NCBI GenBank assembly: GCA_963662615.2
Contig: CAXXSR010000001.1
Coordinates: 1,920,001-1,984,000 of the forward strand
Reading direction: 5' to 3'
From: Dehalococcoidia bacterium
Lineage (GTDB): Bacteria > Chloroflexota > Dehalococcoidia > Bin125
DNA length: 64,000 nt
In this document: positions 9,571-19,725 of the stretch, piece by piece
How the letters are laid out: each line of letters opens with the position of its first letter
Numbering within the stretch: position 1 is the first letter of the stretch
Made by a program: the position numbers and the translations under genes
Notes under the pieces: generated by a model
The model's input: only the letters and a program-made list of their open reading frames with translations
The model's database searches: none
What the model was told of the DNA's origin: nothing

Positions 9571-9945
9571 TCAGATTTCCTGCGCAGAGGGCCCGCTCAC
9601 TGCATTTTGGGCGCGCCTGATCGCGTCAAGGAGCCGCTGTCGAGATACTCCCCTTAGGAGGAACTCCTGGGCTCCTACCTCTTTGGCGCGGGCCAAGTAC
9701 TCTTCGCTCTCAAAGCTCGAGAGGATGATCACGGCCGTTTCGGGACGTTCCTCCCTTATGCGCCTGGTCGCTTCCAATCCGTCCATCCCGGATAGGCGGA
9801 TGTCCATGAGGATGACATGCGGGCGCAGCTCGCGCGCCGCTGCCAGCGCCTCCTCACCGGTAACAACCTCACCGATGACCCGAATATCGGCAGCGGTGCC
9901 CAACATTGCTCGCAGGGCGTCTCGGATGATCACATGGTCATCCAC
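9571..9945 (-). CDS. Stand-alone receiver (REC) response regulator
   Basis: (TTVLL)VDDH..ILMDIRLSGMDG..ILSS; the first beta strand lies upstream of the track start and no standard start codon precedes it. Confidence 0.8.
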   Translation of the reverse strand: MDDHVIIRDALRAMLGTAADIRVIGEVVTGEEALAAARELRPHVILMDIRLSGMDGLEATRRIREERPETAVIILSSFESEEYLARAKEVGAQEFLLRGVSRQRLLDAIRRAQNAVSGPSAQEI

Positions 9946-9997
9946 GAGAAGAACGGTCGTGTGCCCGGTCTGGGAAGGCCCGGCGCCCGGGCCCCTC

Positions 9998-12900
9998 TCA
10001 AGCAGAAGGCGTACCCAGGATCGGCTCGGCCGGCGCTGCCACCGTGGCCGGCGCGCCGTTCAGGGGGATGCGGACGTGGACGGTTGTGCCATGCAGGGGG
10101 GTTGAATCGACGCGGAAGACGCCCCCGGCCAGCTCCGCCCGCTCTCGCATGCCGATCAGTCCGACATGCTGCCCCCGCTGCCAGTCCGGCGCCCGCGCCG
10201 CGGCATCAAATCCCTGGCCCCAGTCGCGGATCTCCAGAACGGCATCCGCATCGCGAACCGCCAGGACGACGCGGATCTTGGGCGAGCCGGAGTGCCTGAT
10301 CGCGTTTGCGGTCCCCTCTTGCGCGATGCGGTACAGCGCCAGCTCCGCCGCGGGGTCAAGGCGGACGCCGTCCATGGTGGCGCGGAATTCGATCTCGGAC
10401 TCAGTCCGCTCCTGGGTGTCTTTCAAGAGCCCTCGTATGGCCTCGACGAGTCCAACGTCATCGAGATCGCCGGGACGGAGGCCGGCCATGATCCGACGCG
10501 TGTCAGCCAGGACCGTATCCAGGTGCTCGCGAGCGAGCTGGAGATAGCGCTCGGCACTCTCCACATCGCCCTTCTGCCGCTCCGCGACGAAGCTGTCGAG
10601 GAACATGCCGGCCCCGGCCAGCCACTGGATCGGGCCATCGTGCAGTTCTGACGCCACCCGCTTCCGTTCCGCCTCTTGGGACTGGAACAGGCGCTGGACG
10701 AGCTGCTGCTTTTCTTCCAGGAGGCGTGTCCGCTCCGCCTCCGCGTGGACCTGCTCAGTGATGTCCCGCACCGTACCGATCAGCTGAACGGGCCGACCGT
10801 CCTTATCGAGGATCGGTTCACCTTGGGTGTACACCACCCGCTCGGTGCCATCAGCTCGGATCACGGTGGTCCTGTGGGCGAATGCTTCCCGCCGATCGAC
10901 TGCCGCCTGGTGAGCAGCTCGCGCTTGCTCGCGCTCGGCCGGATGAACCAGGGCTATGGCGTCGTCATGGCTGAGCGGGAATTCCTGTGACTGTGTGCCG
11001 AAGATCCGGTAGGTCTCATCCGACCACCGCATATCGTCCGTGGCAAGGTCCCACTCCCAGCTGCCCAGGTGAGCGATCTCCTGCGCGTGAGCGAGGGAGG
11101 CTTCACTTTGCCGCAGGGCCTCCTCCGCGTGGACCCGCTCGGTGATGTCCTGCACGGCGCCAATCATCCGAACGGGCCGGTCCTCCTTGCCGTGGAGCAC
11201 CCGGCCTTGGGCGTACACAACTCGCTCAGTGCCGTCGGGCACGATCACAACAGTTTGCAAGGCAAATCCTTCACGCCGGTCAATCGCGCCCTGGATAATG
11301 GCTTGCACGCGGTCGCGATCGGCCGGAAGAACGTGGGCCAGGAAGGTGCGCATGGCCGGCGGGGATTTCTGGGGCTCTTCGCCGAGGATCCGGTAGGTCT
11401 CGTCCGACCACCGCATATCGTCCGTGGCAAGGTCCCACTCCCAGCTGCCCAGATGAGCGATCTCCTGCGCGCGGGCGAGGGAGGCTTCACTTTGCCGCAG
11501 GGCCTCAGCGGCGCGGCTCCGCTCCGTGACGTCGCGGAGGATGGCGGTGAACACGGGGCCGTCCGGCAGGTCCAGCCGGGAAACGGAGGCCTCCGCGGGA
11601 AACTCCGACCCATCCTTGCGGCGTCCGCGAATCCCCTCCTCTTCCCTGATGTATCGCGCCGTCTCGGCTGAGGCCATGAAGGCGTGGAGGCCTGCATGCT
11701 GGGAGTCGCGACGCGACCCGGGGACGAGCATGTCCAGCGGCCGGCCGTTCACCTCCGCCGCGCTGTAACCGAACGTCGCCTCCGCACCCCGATTGAAGAG
11801 ACGGATCCGTCGTTGCGAGTCGGCCGAAATGATGGCGTCGGGTGCGGTGTCGAGGATGCCGGCCAGGCGGCGACGCGTCGACGTCACCTCCACGCGACGG
11901 CGACGCTCCCGCAGGAGCGCCGTCACGGCGAGGCCCAGCGCCAGCCAGATCAGGGCCACGAGTACGGGTCCCCCCACTCGGATCCGCAGAGGCAGGCCGG
12001 CCGTGAAGGCAGCAGTCGGGACGCCGCTGACACTCCAGGTAGACGCGGCGACGTCAACCTCGGCGGCCAGGCTGGGCCCGCCCGCTTCTCCCTGGCCGGT
12101 TCCGGCGGAGTACAGCTGGAAGTCCGGCCCCAGGATCGACTCGCCACGTATCGTGATCTCGAAGAGCGCCGCAGCGTTCAACCCTTGCAGGGTTTGATGC
12201 ATCAGTCCGCTCACGTCGAGCGTCAGCACCACGAAACCAACGAGCTGCTCGCTCCGCTCGGCCGCGCCGGCCGGCACGGCGCCACCCGCGTAGACGGGAA
12301 AGAAAATCGGTAGGAGAGTGTTCGTGAGGTCCGCCGGAGACATGGGGACGGTGGGGTGAGCCTCAGGGGCACCGCTCTCGGCGGCGCGTGTCAACGCCGC
12401 TTGCCCGGCGGGATGGGCGCCGAAATCAAAGCCGTGCCCCAAGGCGGTCGGCCTGAACGGCTCCATGTATGTCAGCGGGAAATACTCCGCCCGCGTCCCC
12501 GCCGGGACGAGCCTCCCTGCCTTGAGATCGACTTCGTGAAGGGCGTAGTCGGTGAACCCCTCCTCCCTGCGTTCACGCTCGTGATCGGCCCGATCGGCGA
12601 AGGCGAGCCGGGGCACCCAAGCGATCAACTGGATCTCGGGGCGCGCCGCAACCAGCTCTTGGTTGAAGAGATGGAACGTTTCGCCCGAGACGACCGGGGG
12701 CGTGGCGACGCCGGCCGGGTCGAGCCGCTGCGCCTCCTCCGCCCCGGCGAACGCCAAGTGGAAAAAGGCCCGTGTGCCGCTGCCGATCGTCTCCAAGACA
12801 GCCACTTCCTGGGCGAGCTTATCGACGATCTCCTTGAACTCCTCCCGAAGTTCGCTCTCGCGGCGATCGTCGTGGACCGACTGCAGGCGCAGCGCCACCC

Positions 12901-13051
12901 CCGCGGTCAGGGCGACGCCTAGGCCAAGAAAGACGGTGAAGGCGAGGAGGTTACGGCGGGATCCCATCGGCAGTGCGATGGTCCTGAACCGCCCTCGGCG
13001 TGGGTGGAAGGGTCGGATGACCACTGCTCCCGTGCGCCCCGGTCGGGGCAT
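9998..13051 (-). CDS. CHASE - PAS x3 - HisKA_3 sensor histidine kinase
   Basis: TM-CHASE-TM (YFPLTYMEP, GFDFG), PAS/PAC repeats (HLGSWEWDL), ERKRVASELHDG, QEGTANAIRHS, DWGQGFD; start 13051 or 12967. Confidence 0.9.
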   Translation of the reverse strand: MPRPGRTGAVVIRPFHPRRGRFRTIALPMGSRRNLLAFTVFLGLGVALTAGVALRLQSVHDDRRESELREEFKEIVDKLAQEVAVLETIGSGTRAFFHLAFAGAEEAQRLDPAGVATPPVVSGETFHLFNQELVAARPEIQLIAWVPRLAFADRADHERERREEGFTDYALHEVDLKAGRLVPAGTRAEYFPLTYMEPFRPTALGHGFDFGAHPAGQAALTRAAESGAPEAHPTVPMSPADLTNTLLPIFFPVYAGGAVPAGAAERSEQLVGFVVLTLDVSGLMHQTLQGLNAAALFEITIRGESILGPDFQLYSAGTGQGEAGGPSLAAEVDVAASTWSVSGVPTAAFTAGLPLRIRVGGPVLVALIWLALGLAVTALLRERRRRVEVTSTRRRLAGILDTAPDAIISADSQRRIRLFNRGAEATFGYSAAEVNGRPLDMLVPGSRRDSQHAGLHAFMASAETARYIREEEGIRGRRKDGSEFPAEASVSRLDLPDGPVFTAILRDVTERSRAAEALRQSEASLARAQEIAHLGSWEWDLATDDMRWSDETYRILGEEPQKSPPAMRTFLAHVLPADRDRVQAIIQGAIDRREGFALQTVVIVPDGTERVVYAQGRVLHGKEDRPVRMIGAVQDITERVHAEEALRQSEASLAHAQEIAHLGSWEWDLATDDMRWSDETYRIFGTQSQEFPLSHDDAIALVHPAEREQARAAHQAAVDRREAFAHRTTVIRADGTERVVYTQGEPILDKDGRPVQLIGTVRDITEQVHAEAERTRLLEEKQQLVQRLFQSQEAERKRVASELHDGPIQWLAGAGMFLDSFVAERQKGDVESAERYLQLAREHLDTVLADTRRIMAGLRPGDLDDVGLVEAIRGLLKDTQERTESEIEFRATMDGVRLDPAAELALYRIAQEGTANAIRHSGSPKIRVVLAVRDADAVLEIRDWGQGFDAAARAPDWQRGQHVGLIGMRERAELAGGVFRVDSTPLHGTTVHVRIPLNGAPATVAAPAEPILGTPSA
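11003..11506. repeat. Two near-identical 120-bp copies (11003-11122 and 11387-11506) within tandem PAS domains
   Basis: About 4 mismatches in 120 bp, offset 384 bp. Confidence 0.85.
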
Positions 13052-13270
13052 TCATCGGACCAAGAGGCGGCGCGACTGCTCGCTCCTCGCCCGACTGGAT
13101 CAACCCTGCACCGTGCCGGCGCAGGCCTAGCGCAGGCGCGGCCGGGCACCAGCATAGCGCCACTCCGCTCGTTTCAAGTCACTTCAGGCTGCGCGTCGCG
13201 GGAGAGCCGAGCATCCGCGCCAGGCGTCTCCCGGCGGAGAGCGCCGTGCAGGCGAGCCTCATGGCGCAGC

Positions 13271-13495
13271 TCAGGAGGCCTGGCGCGTGCGGCCCTCCGC
13301 CTCCAGCGCTGAGATCACCGCCTCAACCCGCTGGGCGCACGCCGGGCAGGTGTAATAGGAGCGAAGCCGGCGTCGCTCCACCAGCCGCGGCACCCCTTCT
13401 TCGCTGGGAACCGCGCGAGCGTTGAACATGTCGAGAGCGAAGCCCTCCTTGTGGATGGCGAACCCGCAAAAGTCACAGACGAACGCAAGTGGCAT
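13271..13495 (-). CDS. Small putative zinc-binding protein (CxxC...CxxC)
   Basis: MPLAFVCDFCGF...YTCPACAQRVE. Confidence 0.5.
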   Translation of the reverse strand: MPLAFVCDFCGFAIHKEGFALDMFNARAVPSEEGVPRLVERRRLRSYYTCPACAQRVEAVISALEAEGRTRQAS

Positions 13496-13586
13496 AACGC
13501 ACACGGCTCCGTTTGCTCGCCGTCCCGCGTCCGTGGCCGCGGGGCGCCGCCTCGCACTCCGGACAGCCTCGGACGATGTCCCGGCA

Positions 13587-13805
13587 CTAGGCGCTCAGGG
13601 CGGAAGGTTCCACTTCGTGGCGAAGAGCGCGGACCGCGATCTGCGTGCGGTTGGTCACGTCCCATTTGATCATCACGTTGGCCACATGCCGCTTGACCGT
13701 CGCCATACTGACGCCCAGGATCTCCGCGATCTCCGCGTTGGACAGCCCCTGGCTGATGAGCTGCACCATCGCGCGCTCACGCTCCGTCAACTCTCGCCGT
13801 GTCAT
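13587..13805 (-). CDS. Stand-alone LuxR-type HTH regulator
   Basis: LTERERAMVQLISQGLSNAEIAEILGVSMATVKRHV; GGAGG RBS. Confidence 0.85.
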   Translation of the reverse strand: MTRRELTERERAMVQLISQGLSNAEIAEILGVSMATVKRHVANVMIKWDVTNRTQIAVRALRHEVEPSALSA

Positions 13806-14143
13806 TTCCGAATCCTCCCTTGGCTGCGCCACCCCAACTGGTGAGACCCCTGTCCGCGGGGCCAGCCTCACTGATCCACGAGGCGGGCCCTGACGGATGC
13901 GTCCCTGATTCTCAGCGATCGCTCGGCATCATCCGTCACTGCGTTGCGCTCCATAAGAGGCACATGGCCATCCGAGTGGCCAGATAGACAAGTTATGTCG
14001 GCCCAGCCGAAGGCCAAGGACACTTGCGCCGATCCAATGGCGGGCCGACGCGGAGTGGGGCGGTCGCTGTAGGGCCGGCCAGCGGAGACGACGGCGGTCG
14101 CAGATCGCCCGAGCGAGCCGTACGCCAGCGGGGAGGGAGGCGG

Positions 14144-14821
14144 CTAGTCAATATTCAACCCGGCGCGGATCGCCAACACCGCCGCCTGCGTGCGGTCCGA
14201 AACGCCGAGCTTTGCGATCATCTCTTGGACGACGTTCTTGATTGTGCCCACGCTGTAGCCCAGCTCGTCCGCGATCTCCCGGTTCGTCATCCCCTGCGCG
14301 ACGAGGCGGAGGGTGAGGAGTTCGCGCTCCACCAGCACGTCAAGCAGGCGTGGCTGCCTGTCCTGCCCCTGTGCGAGATCCTGTCCCAGGGAGCCAAGCA
14401 GTTTGAGATCGAATATGGAGCCGCCGTCTCGGACCACCCGAAGGCTATTGAGCAGGAGGTCGCGGCCCGTTCCTTTGAGCAGATAGCCGGCGGCTCCGGC
14501 CGCGATCGCCTGGCGCAGGTACGCCTCACTCTCAAAGCTCGTCACCATCACTACGGCGACGGTGGGAAGCTCTTTTTTGATCAGCCGCGTGGCGGTGAGC
14601 CCGTCCATGTCCGGCATGTGGACGTCCATGAGCACGATGTCGGGGTGCAGCGTCTTCGCTTTCGCCGCCGCCTCGGAACCGGAAGACGCCTCGCCCGCAA
14701 CCTGAACGCCAGAGGCGTTGAGCATCGCGCGCAACCCGCTGCGGACCACGGGATGGTCGTCCGCAATCAGGACCCGGATGTCGGGAGAGGACTCGGTCGA
14801 GGCCTCTCGATCAGGAACCAT
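14144..14821 (-). CDS. NarL/FixJ family response regulator
   Basis: VLIADDH..LMDVHMPDMDG..GYLLK plus LuxR HTH GMTNREIA. Confidence 0.9.
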   Translation of the reverse strand: MVPDREASTESSPDIRVLIADDHPVVRSGLRAMLNASGVQVAGEASSGSEAAAKAKTLHPDIVLMDVHMPDMDGLTATRLIKKELPTVAVVMVTSFESEAYLRQAIAAGAAGYLLKGTGRDLLLNSLRVVRDGGSIFDLKLLGSLGQDLAQGQDRQPRLLDVLVERELLTLRLVAQGMTNREIADELGYSVGTIKNVVQEMIAKLGVSDRTQAAVLAIRAGLNID

Positions 14822-15075
14822 TGTCCCCCGCTCCCGCGCACGCCGCCTCCAGGCAGCGCCGCTAGAGGGTATTGCGTTGCAGTCCAGGGCGGCGAGCAAA
14901 GGGCGTCCTCCCTTCGAGTCAGCGCCGCTCGGACCGGCGCTCGCGGACCCGATCGAACCAGGGACCCGCAGCCGCCGGGTGCTCGCGATCAAATGCGTAT
15001 GCCGCGCTCGTCGGGTCCGTCGCCGAGAGCGTCCCGACGGGGACGGCCGGCGGGGGGGCGGTGATGCTGCAGTTG

Positions 15076-16251
15076 CTATTGGCGGGGCAAGCCGAGCCCC
15101 CGCGTCGCCATGATGTTGCGCTGAATCTCGCTCGTCCCGGCGTAAATGGTGTAGGGAATCGAGTTCAGATACATGCGCCCGATCTTGGCCTTGAGCGAGG
15201 CGTGCGGATCGTTGGCGTCGAGCTGCTGAACGGGCAGGCCGATCAAGTTCGTGCCGAAACGGAAGACCCGCTGGTTCAACTCCGTACCGAACAGTTTGGA
15301 CATGGAGGCTTGATGGTTGGGGACCAGGTCCTGGCTCTGCATCCAGACGACGCGGTAGGAGATCAGACGCGCGATCTCCGTCTCAATGTAGAGCTCGGCG
15401 AGCCCGCGCTGGACTCGATCGTCGTCCCAGACGCGAACGCCGTTGCGCTTGGTGTCCTTGGCCCAGCGGACGAGCTCCTCGACCGTCCGCCTCGCCTGCG
15501 CCGGGTAGTGGATGCCGGATCGCTCGAAATCCAGAAGGGTGGCGGCCACGTACCAGCCACGGTTCACCTCCCCCAGCATTTGGTCGGCGGGGACGCGCAC
15601 ATCGGTGAGGAACGTGTCATTGAGGACGTGATTGCCGGCCATGTCAATGACGGGGCGCACCTCGATCCCCGGCGACGTCATGTCAACCAGGAAGTAGGAG
15701 AGCCCTTTGTGCTTGGGGGCGCCGGGATCGGTGCGAACTAGGATGTGCATCCATTCGCAGTGTTGGGCGTTGGAGGTCCAGCTCTTCTGCCCGTTGATGA
15801 TGAAATCGTCGCCGTCACGAACAGCGCTCGTCCGCAACGAGGCCAAGTCGGAACCGGCGCCCGGTTCGCTGAAGCCCTGGCACCACGTCACCTCGGCCCT
15901 GGCGATGGGCGGCAAGAAGCGCCGCTTCTGGTCTTCCGTGCCATGGACCATGAGGCTGGGGCCGACCATGGTGATGCCTTGGCCGTCGCCGCCGGACGCG
16001 CCGGCGTAGGCGCTCTCCTCGCGGAAGATGAGCTGCTGCATATGGGAGGCGCCCAGACCGCCATATTCCCGCGGCCAGGCCAGGGTCAGCCATCCACGCT
16101 GCGCCAGCTCGCGCTCGTAGGCCCGGCGAATCGGCCAGACCTCCTCTGAGTACGGCTCAAATGAGGCAGGCGGTTCCGCCCAGTGGCGACTGATGAAGTC
16201 GCGCACCTCGGCCCGGAAGGCCTCCTCCTGCTCCGTGAACTTGAACTCCAT
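15076..16251 (-). CDS. Acyl-CoA dehydrogenase family protein
   Basis: CQGFSEPGAGSDL, INGQKSWTS, IYAGTSEIQRNI. Confidence 0.92.
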   Translation of the reverse strand: MEFKFTEQEEAFRAEVRDFISRHWAEPPASFEPYSEEVWPIRRAYERELAQRGWLTLAWPREYGGLGASHMQQLIFREESAYAGASGGDGQGITMVGPSLMVHGTEDQKRRFLPPIARAEVTWCQGFSEPGAGSDLASLRTSAVRDGDDFIINGQKSWTSNAQHCEWMHILVRTDPGAPKHKGLSYFLVDMTSPGIEVRPVIDMAGNHVLNDTFLTDVRVPADQMLGEVNRGWYVAATLLDFERSGIHYPAQARRTVEELVRWAKDTKRNGVRVWDDDRVQRGLAELYIETEIARLISYRVVWMQSQDLVPNHQASMSKLFGTELNQRVFRFGTNLIGLPVQQLDANDPHASLKAKIGRMYLNSIPYTIYAGTSEIQRNIMATRGLGLPRQ

Positions 16252-16371
16252 TCAATGTCCTCCGGCGCAGACGCAAGCTGAAGCAGGCAGGGGAGACGCG
16301 ACGCGGGCCGAGTATCGGGAGGGGGCCGACCCTGCGGCCAGCACTGGCAGCGTCAAAGGCGCTTGGCCCCG

Positions 16372-17508
16372 TTACCGCTTCAAGACCAGGACGTTCATCC
16401 CACCAATGCCGGAATTATAGATGAGCCCCACCTTGGGGTCGCCGGACACCTGGCGCGGGCCCGCCCGGCCGCTGAGCTGCGCCAGGATTTCGGCGATCAT
16501 GGCGCAGCCCGTGGCGCCAATGGGGTGGCCGCGGCTGAGCAAGCCGCCGTCGGTGTTGACGGGGATGTCGCCGTCGATCTCCGTGCGCCCCTCGCAGACG
16601 GCCTGCGCGCCTGCGCCCATGTCCACCAGACCCAGCGCCTCAATGGCGAAGATTTCGCCGGGAGTGAACGCGTCGTGCACTTGCGTCACGTGGACGTCTT
16701 CCGGGCCAATGCCGGCGCGTTCGTACGCCGTGCGCGCCAGCTTCGCCAGTTCGAGCCGGTTCAGTTCGCCGTCGTGAGACTCCCCATCCTTCGCCGCCGG
16801 GACGTATTCGCCGGTCCCAGAGGCCCAGCCCGCCACAGTGATGTAGTCCGACGTGTGCTGGCGGGCCACCTCCTCGGCACAGAGGACCACCGCCGCTGCG
16901 CCGTCAGTGGTGGGCGAGCACTGCAGCAGCGTGATCGGCGCGGCGATCATCCGCGAGTTGAGAACTTCCTCCAGCGTGACGGCCTTCTGGTACTGCGCGT
17001 TGGGATTGAGCGCCCCGTTCTTATGTGCCTTCACGGACACCTGGGCGAACATCTCCGGCGTGGCGCCGTATTCATGCATGTAGCGATTGGCCGCGAGCGC
17101 GTAGCCCGCCGGCATGACCGCAAGACCCATCACGGTCTCGTACGCCTGCTTGTCGCTGGTCTGCAGGAGGCCGCGCTCCATCTTCTCGAAGCCGACCACG
17201 AGCACGCGGTCGTAGAAGCCGCCGGCAATTGCCATGGCAGCCTCGCGAAACGCTGTGGTGGAGCTGGCGCAGGCCTGCTCAATGTTGGTGACCGGGATGC
17301 CCGTCTGGCCTAGCTCGGTCACGACGCGCAATCCGGCCCCCATGCCCTGAAGGACGCGGCCCGTATAGGCGGCGTCAATCTCCTGGAAGGAGATGTTGGC
17401 CTGCTCTAACGCAGCGACGATCGCTTCCCGGCCCAGCTCCTCCGTGCTCTTCTCCGGGAATCGCCCGAATGGGTGCAGTCCTGCTCCAACGACGGCGACG
17501 CTACGCAT
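16372..17508 (-). CDS. Thiolase family protein (SCP-x/Ltp2 type)
   Basis: NIEQACASS, CSPTTDGAAA, VHDAF, GGLLSRGHPIGATG. Confidence 0.9.
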   Translation of the reverse strand: MRSVAVVGAGLHPFGRFPEKSTEELGREAIVAALEQANISFQEIDAAYTGRVLQGMGAGLRVVTELGQTGIPVTNIEQACASSTTAFREAAMAIAGGFYDRVLVVGFEKMERGLLQTSDKQAYETVMGLAVMPAGYALAANRYMHEYGATPEMFAQVSVKAHKNGALNPNAQYQKAVTLEEVLNSRMIAAPITLLQCSPTTDGAAAVVLCAEEVARQHTSDYITVAGWASGTGEYVPAAKDGESHDGELNRLELAKLARTAYERAGIGPEDVHVTQVHDAFTPGEIFAIEALGLVDMGAGAQAVCEGRTEIDGDIPVNTDGGLLSRGHPIGATGCAMIAEILAQLSGRAGPRQVSGDPKVGLIYNSGIGGMNVLVLKR

Positions 17509-17965
17509 GGCTTTCCTCGTGCTGAGCTAGGGGCCGGAAGAAGTAGTTGATTAGGCTAACACCGTCCTCGTCGGTCAGGACCGTGCGGGCGATCGCCTCG
17601 ACCGACATTCCAACGGTGACGTCCTGCGGGTCCGCGTCCACCAAGACCGATTGGGCGCTGACGCCTCCGTCCATCGCGACGACGACGATGGCGTAGGGGG
17701 GATCGACGGCCGCGCCAGGGAGTCGCTGATGGACCACCGTGAAAGTGTGCACCACGCCGCGGGGTCCGAACGTCTGGCGCTCCAACGTGGCGCTGCTGCA
17801 ATTGGCGCAGTAATGGCGTGCAGGAAAGAACGCCTCGCCGCATTCCAGGCAGCGATTCCCCGTCAGAGAGACCGGTGCCCCCTCCCGCTCCGGCATCTGG
17901 AAGAGGCCCTCTTGGAGGGGGCGCCTCTGGCCCCGCCGCGGCGCCGCGGAACTTGTCATCGGCAC
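17501..17965 (-). CDS. Zn-ribbon/OB-fold (DUF35) thiolase partner
   Basis: CLECG..FPARHYCANC plus OB fold; overlaps thiolase start. Confidence 0.85.
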   Translation of the reverse strand: MPMTSSAAPRRGQRRPLQEGLFQMPEREGAPVSLTGNRCLECGEAFFPARHYCANCSSATLERQTFGPRGVVHTFTVVHQRLPGAAVDPPYAIVVVAMDGGVSAQSVLVDADPQDVTVGMSVEAIARTVLTDEDGVSLINYFFRPLAQHEESHA

Positions 17966-17971
17966 CTTCCC

Positions 17972-17999
17972 CCCAGCACCCAGCTCCCAGCACCCAGCA
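17972..17999. repeat. 7-bp tandem repeat (CCCAGCA) x4
   Basis: Directly visible just upstream of the DUF35 start; one unit is CCCAGCT. Confidence 0.7.
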
Positions 18000-18297
18000 C
18001 TGAGTTTGTGACGACGCAGGGTCGGCGGCGCCCATCGCGCCTTCCGGCGTCCGCACTCCTATCATTGCATAGGCCAGGGCGCGCGACGGCTGCCCCGATC
18101 CCGTTCTCTCCCGCTCGTTACGGCGCCGCCAACTGCCCCGGCGCAGCCCAGGCTACGGCGCCTCCACTGCGCCGATCAGATCCAACGCGCCACGTCGCTG
18201 CCCTGTAGAGCTGGTGGTAGACGCGTGACAAGGAGACACGAACGCGCTAGCACGATGGGACCGTCCGCCGGGCGGGCAAGGAAGCGAGGATGCAACG

Positions 18298-19419
18298 ATG
18301 ACGATGATTACGGCCGTGCGGACGCGGCTGGTGCGGATTCCCTTGGAGCGACCAACCTCGTTGTCCAATCGCACCCTGACGCATCGCGATTACCCACTGG
18401 TGCAAGTGGAAACCGAAGACGGCGAGACGGGCATCGGGTTCTGCTACGCGGGCGGTTCGGGCGGGGAGCTCGTGACGACGGCGATCCGCAACTTGTTCGC
18501 GCCCATGCTGATCGGTCGGGACCCATACCAGGTCGAGGGGCTATGGCAGGAGATGTACCAAGAGGCGTTGCTGCACGGCCGGGTGGGCTCGGTCATGCGC
18601 GCCATCAGCGCAATCGACATCGCGCTCTGGGATCGCAACGCGAAAGCAGTGGGCTTACCGCTCTGGCGCTATCTGGGCGCCTGCGCCGACGGTTCCGTCC
18701 CGGCCTATGCCAGCGGTGGCTACTATCTCGAGGGTGACCCGGCGGCGATGCTGGCCGAAGAGTTCAGCAGCTATGTGGCGCAGGGCTTCACGGCGGTGAA
18801 GATGAAGGTTGGCCGGCTCGATCCAGGGGGTGAGGAAGCGAGGATCCGGGCAGCGCGCGAAGCGATTGGCAAGGACGTGCTGCTCATGCTGGATGCCAAC
18901 AACGCATTCCCCAACCTTGAGTCGGCGCTGCGCGCCATGGCGATCTACGAGCGCTACGACCCCTACTGGATCGAGGAGCCTTTCAGCCCTGACGACATCG
19001 ACAACCACGCCCGTCTGGCCCGGTTAACCGCGGTGCCCGTGGCGACGGGGGAGATTGAGGCCGGGCGCTGGCGTTTCAAAGAGCTGCTGGAGAAGGAGGC
19101 CGCGACGATCCTACAACCGGACGCCGCGGTCTGCGGAGGGATCACCGAGTTTCGCCGGATCGCGGCCACGGCGGCCAGCTTCGGGATCTCGCTCTGTCCC
19201 CACTGGTTCCACGACCTGCACCTGCACCTCGTCGCGTCAACGCCCAACGCGACGTTCGTCGAATTTTTCCCTGACGACCAGGTGCTCAACTTCCGCCGCC
19301 TGATCGACCGGCAGAGCGAAGTCGTGAACGGGCGCCTGTTGCTACCGGATCGACCTGGACTCGGCTTCGGCTTCGTTCCGGGCAAGGTCGAAGAGTATGC
19401 GGTTGACGCCTGGTCCTGA
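18298..19419 (+). CDS. Mandelate racemase/muconate lactonizing enzyme family (enolase superfamily)
   Basis: SAIDIALWD, KMK, LDAN, WIEEP, TGE, QPD, PGLG. Confidence 0.9.
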   Translation: MTMITAVRTRLVRIPLERPTSLSNRTLTHRDYPLVQVETEDGETGIGFCYAGGSGGELVTTAIRNLFAPMLIGRDPYQVEGLWQEMYQEALLHGRVGSVMRAISAIDIALWDRNAKAVGLPLWRYLGACADGSVPAYASGGYYLEGDPAAMLAEEFSSYVAQGFTAVKMKVGRLDPGGEEARIRAAREAIGKDVLLMLDANNAFPNLESALRAMAIYERYDPYWIEEPFSPDDIDNHARLARLTAVPVATGEIEAGRWRFKELLEKEAATILQPDAAVCGGITEFRRIAATAASFGISLCPHWFHDLHLHLVASTPNATFVEFFPDDQVLNFRRLIDRQSEVVNGRLLLPDRPGLGFGFVPGKVEEYAVDAWS

Positions 19420-19466
19420 ACGGCGACGAAGCCGCAGGCTTGGGTCGCAAGAGAGTAGGGCCCGTC

Positions 19467-19682
19467 ATGCGCCCTGATGACTACGCACAGTACGAGTCTG
19501 GCAGCTGAGTGCCACCGGGGCGCCTACGGATCGTATAGGCAGGAATTGCGTGGTCCAACGTGCCCGTGAACTCGCGCTGCGAGGCAGCCGCCGAGGCAAC
19601 GCTGTTTCGCTTCGCCTCGCAATTGGAGGAGGCCCGGCCGTGGGCCGGCCGCAAGCCCGAGGTCAGCAGCGGGCAGCCGTGA
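19467..19682 (+). pseudogene. Amidase remnant (N- and C-terminal ends only)
   Basis: Begins MRPDDYAQYE; 19593-19682 reads EATLFRFASQLEEARPWAGRKPEV, the typical amidase-signature-family C-terminus. Confidence 0.6.
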
Positions 19683-19725
19683 CGCGGCCACCGTTTCCCA
19701 CGGAGAGAGCGATGGCGATCACCTC

